The translations under genes were made by a program, and so were the position numbers. This document shows positions 18,847 through 27,526 of a stretch of 64,000 nt of DNA, piece after piece. Source of the DNA: Acidimicrobiia bacterium. Lineage in GTDB: Bacteria > Actinomycetota > Acidimicrobiia > Spongiisociales > ZC4RG35. Where the stretch lies: contig WFOA01000010.1 of NCBI GenBank assembly GCA_015488325.1, positions 15,945-79,944 on the forward strand, given 5' to 3'. How positions within the stretch are numbered: the stretch's first letter is position 1; every line of letters begins with the position of its first letter. The notes beneath the pieces are model-generated. The model had not been told where the DNA came from. It did no database searches and was given only the letters and a program-made list of their open reading frames with translations.

Positions 18847-19629
18847 TCACGGGCCCCGGTACCCCGACACCAATGACCGCACCCGATCTTCCAGGCTGAG
18901 GCCGCCACGCACCCGGGGCCCGAAGAACACCCGGCCGTCGGCCGCCTGCACGGGGATGCGGGGGATGCGGTGGCGGTCGGTTCCGGGCCCGACCGGGCCG
19001 GGACGTCCCAGCACGGCCGTCTCGTATCGCCGCCGGACCACCCCGTCGGCCCCCTCCGACCAGTAGCCCCACGGGTAGGCGAAATGGCGGGGCCGGATCC
19101 CCAGGCGCCGCTCGATGAGCTCGTCGGAGGCGGCGAGCTCGGATTCGACCTGGTCGGGCGCCAAGGAGCGTAGGTCGACGTGTCGATGGGTGTGAGCGCC
19201 GATCGTGACGAGGCCCGACGCCACCATCTCCTCCACCTGTTCCCAGCGCAACGGGCGGCCGTCGGGGTAGAGGGGCGTTCCCGTCTCGACGGGTTCGGTG
19301 GTGAGGAACAGGGTGAAGGGCATCTGCAAGTCGCGCAGCAGCGGGAACGCGTGCTCGTAGACATCGACGTAGCCGTCGTCGAAGGTGATCGCGACCTCCA
19401 GGGTCTCGCCATGACCGCCATCGACGGCCTGTTCGAAGGGGAGCACCCGGGCGTGCTCCGCCAACCAGGCGACATGGGCGCGAAACACCTCGGGGGTGAC
19501 GTCCATCTGGCGGGCGGATCCGCCCCCCACCTGGTGGTAGATGAGGATGCGGGGCCCGGCGACAGGCGAGAGGAGTGGGTCGGCCACGACCGCGGCCATC
19601 TTGAGGAGTCGCCGGATGAGGTGCGCCAT
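18847..19629 (-). CDS. Polysaccharide deacetylase (CE4/NodB-like)
   Basis: ILIYHQV...ITFDDGYVDVYEHAFPLL...FTLFLTT...IGAHTHRHVDL is consistent with CE4 metal- and catalytic-site motifs. Confidence 0.85.
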   Translation of the reverse strand: MAHLIRRLLKMAAVVADPLLSPVAGPRILIYHQVGGGSARQMDVTPEVFRAHVAWLAEHARVLPFEQAVDGGHGETLEVAITFDDGYVDVYEHAFPLLRDLQMPFTLFLTTEPVETGTPLYPDGRPLRWEQVEEMVASGLVTIGAHTHRHVDLRSLAPDQVESELAASDELIERRLGIRPRHFAYPWGYWSEGADGVVRRRYETAVLGRPGPVGPGTDRHRIPRIPVQAADGRVFFGPRVRGGLSLEDRVRSLVSGYRGP

Positions 19630-19633
19630 GGCC

Positions 19634-22429
19634 TCAGCGATGGGACATCGGGGGGCCGAGGGCGAGGAGCTCCTCGTCGGTGAGGACCGGCTGCGCCAGG
19701 AGCCCGAGACGCTGGACCGGCGCCAGGTTGGGGCGGATCCCCTCGGACCAGTCGGGGTCCCAGCCGAGGGGCTGCTCGTTGGCGGACCGCCACGGGTAGT
19801 AGATGCGGGCTCCGTCGATCGTCCCCTCGTAGAGCCAGCCGAGACTGATCTCGAAGTACCGGACCTCTTCGATCTGCTCTTGGAGGGCGGCGGCCGTCTC
19901 GGCCTGGTTCCGTTTCGCCGCCGCCCGTTGCTTGCGGTCCAGACGCTCGATCACGGCCTTCACGTAGTCGCCCGCCAGGTGGTCGAGGGCGTCACGGTCG
20001 AACCGGGGGGCGTAGACGAACACGTTGACGGCGCCCCGCTGGCTGGCCAGATGCCAGATCACCGGCGCCCGTTCGGTCGTGGCCACGTGGATCCGGAAGA
20101 AGTTGGCGACGAGCCACTCGTCGATGGTGGGGGCCTGCCCCCCTCCGACGGCCCCGATGATCCGGGTGATGTGACGTTCCAACTCGGCGGCGGCTTTGGT
20201 GCCGAGCTCGGCCCGCAACCCGGCGAGCAGGTAGGACCCCACCGTCCGGTATCCCCGAGCCTCGTCGAGGGGAAGGAAGTCCGGGATCTGGGAGAAACCG
20301 TGTTCGGTGGCGGCGACCGGCGAGGACATGAGGAGGTTCTCGACCCGGGAGACGAGGAAGTTGGCGACGGCCGGGTAGGCACGCTCCGGCTCGGCCTCCG
20401 CCAGACGCTCGACCAGCTCCAAGGCGACGGATTCGTCGACCGCGGCCGTTCCCGTCGGCGGCGGGATCGGCCCCCCGGCCGGAGGCTCGACGGTCGGTTC
20501 GACGACCTGGCCGTCACCGGTCTCGGCGTCGGCGTCCGCCGGGACCGCCGTGGCCTCCACGGTGGGCTCCGGCTCGGGTGTCGGCTCCGCCACCTCCCCT
20601 GGCGGGGCCTCGGTGTCGGTCACCGCTTCGACCAGGGTCCCCAGGTCGGCCTGGGCGGGCTCGAACGTGGAGATCCGGCGGGGACGGGGCGCCGGTGCAC
20701 GGGCGGGTTCGGCGGCCGGTTCCCGGGGGGCGACCGCCGGAGCGACCGGCCGACCCCGTCCGAGACCGGCCGCGGGCATGACGCCCCGCCGGTCCACGAA
20801 CACCGCTCCGAGGAACTTGGCTCCCCGATCTTCGAGATCCGCCACCCGGTCGGCGAGCTCGGTGCGAGAGACCCGACCCGGGACGAGGGTGACGACGGCG
20901 TAGTCGACCCGTTGCACCAGCTCCTGAGCGGTCGCCACGGTGAGGTCGTTGGCGGCGAACAGCACCAGGTCGAACCGGGCCGAAGCCACCCGGATGAGGT
21001 CGGCGAGGAGGGGGCGGGCCAGCAGCTCGGAGGGGTCTTCGGTGGGTGAGCCGGCCTGCACGGAGATGAGGTTGGGTCGGACCGGCCGGGCCTGCGCCAG
21101 TATCCGGGCGAGGGCGGCGTCGTCGCCTTCGGGGATCTCGAGCAGCGTGGCGAAGTCGACGTCGCCCCGGTACTCCACCATGTTGGTGTCGTGGGTGAAG
21201 TCGGCGTCCACCAACAGGACCGAACGCCCTGCCCGGGCGAACGCCACCGCCAGGTCGGCGGCGAGGGCGTGGACGTCCTCGGGTTGCGTGCCGAGGCCCG
21301 TGACCGCCACCGCCGCCCCCAAGCCTCCGATCCGACCCTGCAGCCCGGCACGGAGCCCCTGGACGGCACGTTTTCTCCGCCCCCCTTCTTCCGCGTCGTA
21401 CCAGATGCTCCGCCGTGACGGTTTGCGGATCGGTACGGCCGCGAGGAGGGGAAGCGGAGCCAGGTCGGCCCCGGTCCAGACCGGCTTGAACAGGCGGTCG
21501 ACGACCAGCAAGCCCGCCACAGCGAGGACGAGGCCGACCAGCAGGCCGATGGCTCCGGCCGCTCCCCGTGAGACGGGGTCCGGTGTCTGGTCCACGACGT
21601 CGATGACCTCGGACACGACCGGGCCCGACAGCGCCGCCTGACGGAGGAACAGCTCCTGGAACGAAGCCTCCAACTCTTCGTATTCCCGTTCGAGGGCCCG
21701 GCGCAGGGTCTGCTCCGCGCTGAACTCGGAGACCGTCGGCGGCGGGCCGAGCCGGTCGAGCTGGGCGTTGACGGTGGCGATCGCCAGGGTCGTACGGTCG
21801 AGATCCGCCTGAACTTCGTCTTCGGCTCGGTCGCTGCCGACCAGCAGCTCCTTTTGGTATTCGAGGGCGTCGGCCCGCAGCGACTCGAGGAGCGCCTGCA
21901 GTTCGGCCCGCTCCTCCTCGTCGGGGTCGACGGCGACAGGCGAGCCGATGGCCTCGATCCGGGCCCGCACGTCCGCCATCCGGGCGGAGATCTGTTCGAG
22001 TTGGGTCTGGATCTGCTCCAGGACGTTGGGGGGCTGGCCTTCGAGATACCGGGACCGCAGCTCGCCGGCCCGGGCCTGCGCCTCCTCGGTGCTCGACCCT
22101 TCGGCGACGAAGACGAGGGCGCCTCGATCGACGTCGCTGAAGATCTCCCAGGAGGGGTTGGCCTCGAGCAGGTCGGCGTTCACTTCGAGGGCGAAGGCGA
22201 GGGCCTCTTCGAGACGGGCCTGGGCGAAGTCTCGGGACACACCCGACGGGTTGTCTTCGCTCTCGACGCTGGCGACGACGGTGACCGGGGCCTCCGCCCG
22301 GATCACCGGGGTCAGGGAGGCGTTCCTCCAGGCGGCGCCGAACACGCCGGCGGCGAAGCCGAGCACGGCGAACACCACCACCCAGGGCCAGCGGGCCCGG
22401 AGGACACGAAGGGTGCGGGTCAGGTCCAA
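19634..22429 (-). CDS. Atypical polysaccharide co-polymerase: Wzz-like two-TM ectodomain, P-loop-degenerate BY-kinase-like domain, Pro/Ala/Glu linker, and an unassigned ~265-aa C-terminal domain
   Basis: 931 aa. TM segments at residues 14-33 and 291-311 flank a coiled-coil-rich segment. AVAVTGLGTQPEDVHALAADLAVAFARAGRSVLLVDADF aligns to the BY-kinase Walker A/A' region but lacks GK[ST]. The C-terminal domain is described in findings. Confidence 0.75.
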   Translation of the reverse strand: MDLTRTLRVLRARWPWVVVFAVLGFAAGVFGAAWRNASLTPVIRAEAPVTVVASVESEDNPSGVSRDFAQARLEEALAFALEVNADLLEANPSWEIFSDVDRGALVFVAEGSSTEEAQARAGELRSRYLEGQPPNVLEQIQTQLEQISARMADVRARIEAIGSPVAVDPDEEERAELQALLESLRADALEYQKELLVGSDRAEDEVQADLDRTTLAIATVNAQLDRLGPPPTVSEFSAEQTLRRALEREYEELEASFQELFLRQAALSGPVVSEVIDVVDQTPDPVSRGAAGAIGLLVGLVLAVAGLLVVDRLFKPVWTGADLAPLPLLAAVPIRKPSRRSIWYDAEEGGRRKRAVQGLRAGLQGRIGGLGAAVAVTGLGTQPEDVHALAADLAVAFARAGRSVLLVDADFTHDTNMVEYRGDVDFATLLEIPEGDDAALARILAQARPVRPNLISVQAGSPTEDPSELLARPLLADLIRVASARFDLVLFAANDLTVATAQELVQRVDYAVVTLVPGRVSRTELADRVADLEDRGAKFLGAVFVDRRGVMPAAGLGRGRPVAPAVAPREPAAEPARAPAPRPRRISTFEPAQADLGTLVEAVTDTEAPPGEVAEPTPEPEPTVEATAVPADADAETGDGQVVEPTVEPPAGGPIPPPTGTAAVDESVALELVERLAEAEPERAYPAVANFLVSRVENLLMSSPVAATEHGFSQIPDFLPLDEARGYRTVGSYLLAGLRAELGTKAAAELERHITRIIGAVGGGQAPTIDEWLVANFFRIHVATTERAPVIWHLASQRGAVNVFVYAPRFDRDALDHLAGDYVKAVIERLDRKQRAAAKRNQAETAAALQEQIEEVRYFEISLGWLYEGTIDGARIYYPWRSANEQPLGWDPDWSEGIRPNLAPVQRLGLLAQPVLTDEELLALGPPMSHR

Positions 22430-24360
22430 ACCGTCGAAACCTCGGGTTCTGGGGTGAGGACGATCGTCTCGTCGCCGCCCCCAGTATGCCGCGCCAGCGC
22501 CCGCAACATGTCGACGACGTCCTCCAACGCCCCTTTGCGGGCGGCCCGCTCCAGCATCTCGACCCCGTCGGAGAGGGTGGTGACCCCCGGCCGAGGCGGA
22601 TGGGCGATCGAGATCTTCGGGTGCTCCGACGGCTCGAGGGCACCTTCGGCGAGGACCTCCACCATCTTCTCGCCCGGCCGGACCCCGCTGACGACGACTT
22701 CGATGTCGCGGCCGGGGACGAGTCCGGCGAGGCGGATCAGACGCCGAGCCAGGTCGGCGATCCGGATCGGCTCGCCCATGTCCAGCACGAACACCTCGCC
22801 GCCTTCGGCGAGGGCGGCGGCCTGGAGGACGAGCTGGACCGCCTCGTCGACCGTCATGAAGTACCGGGTCATGCTGGGGTCGGTGAGCGTGACCGGCCCG
22901 CCCTTCTTGATCTGCTCGACGAAGGTGGGCACGACACTGCCGCGGCTGCCGAGGACGTTCCCGAACCGCACGGCGGTGTAGGTGCAGCCGTCGGCACGCA
23001 GGTCGGCGGCCTGGACGAGCATCTCGGCGACCCGCTTGGTGGCGCCCATCACCGAGACGGGATCCACCGCCTTGTCGGTGGAGATCAACACGAACCGCTC
23101 CGCCCCGACCTGGGTGGCGATGTCGATCATGTTCCGGGTGCCGATCACGTTGGTCAGCACCGCCTCGTCCGGGAACCCTTCGAGGATCGGTACGTGTTTC
23201 AGCGCCGCCGCATGAAAGATGACCTGAGGCCGGTACGGGGTGACACGTCGCGCCAACATGTCGGCGTCCCGCACGTCGGCGAGGATCGGCGTGATCTCGG
23301 CGTCGGGTCCGCAGCCCAGCACCGTCTCGTGGAGGTGGGTCTCGTCGTTGTCGAGCGCCAGCACCGTCTCCGGACCGAACCGGAGGACCTGACGGACGAT
23401 CTCGGAACCGATCGAGCCTCCGGCCCCGGTGACGAGGACCCTTCTGCCCCGCAAGAGGCCCGCCACCGCGGCCAGGTCCGTCGAGACGGTGGCTCGAGGC
23501 AGCAGGTCGGTGAGTTCGATGTCTCGGACATCGACCGCGCCGGCGGAACCTTCCATCACCCGATGGGCGACGGGGAGGATCCGCAGCCGCACGTCGACGT
23601 CGGTGCAGAGGTCGACGACCCTCCTGCTGAGGTAGTCGTCGTCGGCCACGACGATCACCTGCTCGGCTCCGTACCGCTCGATCACGTCGTGCAGTTCGTC
23701 GAGGTCCCCCAAGATGGGCAGTCCGGCCAGACGGCGGACACTGTCGGCGCCTCCGGTCGAGACGAACCCGATGATGTCGATCTCACCGCCGTTGCTCGTC
23801 ACCTCACGGACGAAATCCGCCGCCGCCCGGCAGGTGCCGACGACGAGGGTGGGGAGCGGCCGCCCACCGGTGATGGTCCGTTTGAACGAGAACAGCCGCG
23901 ACCGGAACCGCACCAGGCCCATCCCGGCGAGGGCGAGCAGCGGGCCCATGATCGCCACCGACAGCGGGATCGGCACCAGGCCGTCGGAGGTGACGTCCAC
24001 CCAGAGCACCCAGCCGGTGACGGCCATGCCGACGACGACGTTGGAGGCGATCACCTGTTTCGCCTCGGAGATCGAGGCGAACTCCCAGACGTGCCCGTAG
24101 GCGCCGAAGACGACGTTGGCCGCGAGGTGCAGCAACAACAGCAGGGGCATCGTCCGGGTGAGGCCCGTCCACCAGGTGAGGGGGTCGGTGATCCCGGTGT
24201 CGAGCATCCGCAGCCCCAGGGCGATCGTATAGGCGCCGACGACGATGGCCAGGTCGACCACGGCGAAGGCGATGTCCGCCCGCACCCTGGAAGCGGCCGC
24301 GGCCAGCGGCCTCCACCATCGTCCAGCCCTTGTCCCCAAAACAGATCCGGTGTCTGCCAC
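22420..24360 (-). CDS. Membrane-anchored nucleotide-sugar 4,6-dehydratase/epimerase (CapD/WbpM/PglF-like polysaccharide biosynthesis protein)
   Basis: N-terminal TM helices, then VLVTGAGGSIGSEI...ISTDKAV.P.SVMGATKR.AE...RFGNVLGSRGSV, a CapD family signature. GTG 24360 is preferred (GGGAGG 5 nt upstream, and low GC3 upstream of it); the track start is 24417. Confidence 0.85.
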   Translation of the reverse strand: MADTGSVLGTRAGRWWRPLAAAASRVRADIAFAVVDLAIVVGAYTIALGLRMLDTGITDPLTWWTGLTRTMPLLLLLHLAANVVFGAYGHVWEFASISEAKQVIASNVVVGMAVTGWVLWVDVTSDGLVPIPLSVAIMGPLLALAGMGLVRFRSRLFSFKRTITGGRPLPTLVVGTCRAAADFVREVTSNGGEIDIIGFVSTGGADSVRRLAGLPILGDLDELHDVIERYGAEQVIVVADDDYLSRRVVDLCTDVDVRLRILPVAHRVMEGSAGAVDVRDIELTDLLPRATVSTDLAAVAGLLRGRRVLVTGAGGSIGSEIVRQVLRFGPETVLALDNDETHLHETVLGCGPDAEITPILADVRDADMLARRVTPYRPQVIFHAAALKHVPILEGFPDEAVLTNVIGTRNMIDIATQVGAERFVLISTDKAVDPVSVMGATKRVAEMLVQAADLRADGCTYTAVRFGNVLGSRGSVVPTFVEQIKKGGPVTLTDPSMTRYFMTVDEAVQLVLQAAALAEGGEVFVLDMGEPIRIADLARRLIRLAGLVPGRDIEVVVSGVRPGEKMVEVLAEGALEPSEHPKISIAHPPRPGVTTLSDGVEMLERAARKGALEDVVDMLRALARHTGGGDETIVLTPEPEVSTVWT

Positions 24361-24613
24361 CAGAACCTCCCAGCTCTCGCATCCCCACTTGACCCCGTCG
24401 GGGTCAGTCGGATACATCCTACCCGCGGACCGACATCATCAAATGGGCCGTCCGGCCCATTCCTGGGTCCCGGGACTCATTGTCGACCGCGACCGGAAAG
24501 TCCCACTTCCCGCCGCCCGATGCACCGTCTAGCCTGGCCCGGGGCGGCGCCGCATCGGCGCCAGTTCGCCACCACATCACGACTCGGTGCGAGCCAGGGA
24601 GGTTCGAAGAGCT

Positions 24614-25498
24614 ATGAAAGTGCTCGTCACGGGGGCAGCCGGTTTCTTGGGGAGAACGGTCGCCACCTATCTGAAGGAGCAAGGACATCACGTCGTCGGG
24701 TTCGACCTGAAAGACCCGGGAATCGACGGTCTCACGATGCAGATCGGTGACCTCACCGACCTCGATCAGGTCTCGGCTGCGGTCGAAGGCCACGACGCGG
24801 TGTGTCACATCGGAGCGATCGGCGACGTCTACCTGGCCGGGGAGGATCCCGGCCTGGCGGCGGCGGTCAACGTGTTGGGGACCGCCAACGTCGCCGAAGC
24901 GGCGGTGCGTCACGGCGCCCGGGTGGTCTACGCCTCCACGTGGGAGGTCTACGGTGAACCCCGATACCAGCCGATCGACGAAGACCATCCCTGCGCCCCC
25001 GACCACCCGTACAACATCACGAAGCTGGCGGGCGAGTCGCTGCTGCTGTCGGCTGCACGTCTCCGTGGGCTCGAGACGGTCGCCCTCCGTCTCGGCACCG
25101 CCTACGGGCCGGGTCTGCGCCCGAACTCGGTGTTTCGGATCTTCATCGACCGGGCACGCCGAGGCGAGCCGATCACCATTCAGGGTGACGGCTCCCAGGG
25201 GCGGCAGTTCACCCACAGCCGCGACATCGCCCGGGCCTTCGACCTGGCGCTCCGGTCCGACGTCTCCGGGGTCGCCCTGAACACGGTGGCGACACGGACC
25301 GTGACGATTCGTGAGCTGGCGGAGAAGGTGGTCGAACGGTTCCCCACCGAGCTCACCTTCGGACCGCCCCGTCCCGGCGACGTCCCTCCGGCGACCGTCT
25401 CGGCGGCCCGGATCGCCGACGTCCTCGGATGGGAGGCGCAGATCCCCTTCGAGGACGGGCTCGCCGACCTGATCGACCATGAGCTCGCCGGAGACTGA
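24614..25498 (+). CDS. NAD-dependent epimerase/dehydratase (UDP-glucose 4-epimerase-like SDR)
   Basis: MKVLVTGAAGFLGRTV, ASTWEVYG, and YNITK (YxxxK). GGGAGG lies upstream of ATG 24614. Confidence 0.85.
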   Translation: MKVLVTGAAGFLGRTVATYLKEQGHHVVGFDLKDPGIDGLTMQIGDLTDLDQVSAAVEGHDAVCHIGAIGDVYLAGEDPGLAAAVNVLGTANVAEAAVRHGARVVYASTWEVYGEPRYQPIDEDHPCAPDHPYNITKLAGESLLLSAARLRGLETVALRLGTAYGPGLRPNSVFRIFIDRARRGEPITIQGDGSQGRQFTHSRDIARAFDLALRSDVSGVALNTVATRTVTIRELAEKVVERFPTELTFGPPRPGDVPPATVSAARIADVLGWEAQIPFEDGLADLIDHELAGD

Positions 25499-26585
25499 CG
25501 GGCGGATCCTCGTTCTCGTCTACGGGCTCGGCCTCGGCGGCGCCGAGAAGCTCCTCGCCACCTCGGCTCCGCTGTGGGCCGAGTCGTCGTTCACCTACCG
25601 GGTCGCCTACGTGCTCCCCTGGAAGGACCAGCTCGTCGACACCATCCGGAGGTCGGGAGTCGAGGTGGACTGTCTCGGAGGGAGAGCCTCCGACCCCCGG
25701 GTCGCCTTCCGACTGCGACGCCTCATCCGGTCCTGGAGACCCGATCTGGTCCATGCCCACCTTCCGATCGCCGGGACCATCGCCCGGGTCGTCTCCCCCG
25801 TCCCCGTCGTGTACACCGAGCACAACCTCGCCGGCTCCTACCGGCCTCTGGTCCGCCTCGGCAACCGGGTGACCTACCGGGCGAACGCGGCGGTGATCGC
25901 CGTGTCGGACGCCGTGGCATGCTCCCTCGAGGGCTACCCGGGCCCGACCCCTCGGGTCGTGCCCAACGGCGTGCTCTGCGAGGTCGGCGCCGACGAGGCG
26001 GAGGCGGCGAGACACGAACTCGACCTCGACCCTGACGCCAGACTCGTCGTACACGTGGGCAACCTCCGCCCCCACAAGGGACACCGGAACCTGGTCGAGG
26101 CAGCGGCGGTGCTGGAACAGGCCGGATCGAAGGCGATCCTGGTCTCCATCGGTGGGGAGAAACACCCCGGCGACCTCGAACGCCTCCGAGCCGAAGTCGC
26201 CGCCCGGGGTCTCGAGCACCGGCTCAGATTCCTCGGCCGTCGCGAAGACGCCCGGGCGTTCATCGCCGCCGCCGACGTGTTCGTCAGCCCCGCCGACGTG
26301 GAGGGGCTCCCCGTGGCGATCCTCGAAGCCCTCGCCCTGGGCCGCCCGGTGGCGGCGACGGCGGTGGGGGGTGTCCCCAGCGTCGTCGTCGACGGTGAAA
26401 CCGGAATCCTGGTACCGCCGGGCGACCCGGAAGCCCTCGCCGAGGCCGTCGAACGCCTCCTCGCCGACGCCGAATGGGCGGCGCGGCTGGGCAAGGCGGG
26501 ACAGGCCCTCGTGGAGACCGAGTACGGCCTCGAGAAGATGGTGGACGCCTACGAACGGGTGTACCGAGAGATCCTCGGGACATGA
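25479..26585 (+). CDS. Glycosyltransferase family 4
   Basis: ILVLVYGLGLGGAEKLL at the N-terminus. C-terminal FVSPADVEGLPVAILEALALGRPVAATAVGG (E-x7-E). Confidence 0.85.
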   Translation: MSSPETDGRILVLVYGLGLGGAEKLLATSAPLWAESSFTYRVAYVLPWKDQLVDTIRRSGVEVDCLGGRASDPRVAFRLRRLIRSWRPDLVHAHLPIAGTIARVVSPVPVVYTEHNLAGSYRPLVRLGNRVTYRANAAVIAVSDAVACSLEGYPGPTPRVVPNGVLCEVGADEAEAARHELDLDPDARLVVHVGNLRPHKGHRNLVEAAAVLEQAGSKAILVSIGGEKHPGDLERLRAEVAARGLEHRLRFLGRREDARAFIAAADVFVSPADVEGLPVAILEALALGRPVAATAVGGVPSVVVDGETGILVPPGDPEALAEAVERLLADAEWAARLGKAGQALVETEYGLEKMVDAYERVYREILGT

Positions 26586-27526
26586 CCGGCCCGAGCATCC
26601 GCCTCGCCCGACCCGACGATCTCCCCCAGATCCTCGACGTCCTGCGGGCCGCCCTGGGCGAGACGCCCCTGTTGCGACGCACCCCGGAGCTGTGGCGTTG
26701 GAAACACGTCGAGAACCCCTTCGGGCCGTCTCTGGTCCTCGTCGCCGAAGCCGACGGCCGGGTCGTCGGGGTACGGGCCTTCATGCGTTGGGAGTTGGAG
26801 ACGCCCGACGGTGACACCCTCCGGTGCGTCAGGGCGGTCGACACCGCCACCCATCCCGACTATCTGCGACGGGGGATCTTCCGGCGTCTGACCGAGTCGG
26901 CGATCGAATACGCCCGGGACGAAGGGGTGGATCTGGTCTTCAACACCCCCAACGCCAAGTCGGGGGCGGGATACCTGAAGATGGGGTGGCGGACCGTCGC
27001 CCGACTCGGGGTGATCGTCCGATGGCGGACGGGTCGGGTCGCACCCCTCGATTCCGATACCGTGCCCCGCCTCGACGACCATGTGGCGGCGGTCGACCCG
27101 CTGGATCCGCTGCCCCCGGCCAGACGGGGACACGGTCTCAGGACTCCCCGCCGCGACGCCTACCTCCACTGGAGGTTCTCACAGCATCCGACGGCACGCT
27201 ACGGAGCCGTCCGGTTCGGATCCGGGACCGCCGTGGTGCGACCCAACGTCCGTGCAGGACGCCGGGAGCTGGTGGTGTCGGACGTCCTCGGTGACGCCAC
27301 CGCGGGGCTGTTCCGGGAGGTGGCGAAGAGGAACCGCTCCCGCTACGTGGCCACCTGGTTCTCCCCGGCGGCACCGGAACGGCGCATAGCCCGACGTGCC
27401 CTGTACGCTCCGGTTCCGGGACTGCGGACCCTCACCCTCGTGGCCCGACCGCTACGGTCCCTCCCCGTGGACGTCTTCGATCTGGGGAACTGGGATCTGG
27501 CGGTGAGCGACCTGGAGTTGCTGTGA
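26582..27526 (+). CDS. GNAT family N-acetyltransferase
   Basis: ATG 26582 (ATGA overlap with the GT4 stop). IRLARPDDLPQILDVL...VRAVDTATHPDYLRRGIFRRLTESAIEYA is GNAT motif A-like. Confidence 0.75.
   Translation: MTGPSIRLARPDDLPQILDVLRAALGETPLLRRTPELWRWKHVENPFGPSLVLVAEADGRVVGVRAFMRWELETPDGDTLRCVRAVDTATHPDYLRRGIFRRLTESAIEYARDEGVDLVFNTPNAKSGAGYLKMGWRTVARLGVIVRWRTGRVAPLDSDTVPRLDDHVAAVDPLDPLPPARRGHGLRTPRRDAYLHWRFSQHPTARYGAVRFGSGTAVVRPNVRAGRRELVVSDVLGDATAGLFREVAKRNRSRYVATWFSPAAPERRIARRALYAPVPGLRTLTLVARPLRSLPVDVFDLGNWDLAVSDLELL

Noticed and set aside
19634-20434. Idea that the PglX-like C-terminal domain marks a BREX or other phage-defence island
   Set aside because: No methyltransferase catalytic motifs and no PglZ, BrxC, BrxL or other defence genes occur in the window. 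The domain is embedded in a glycan-export protein, so only the domain resemblance is reported.
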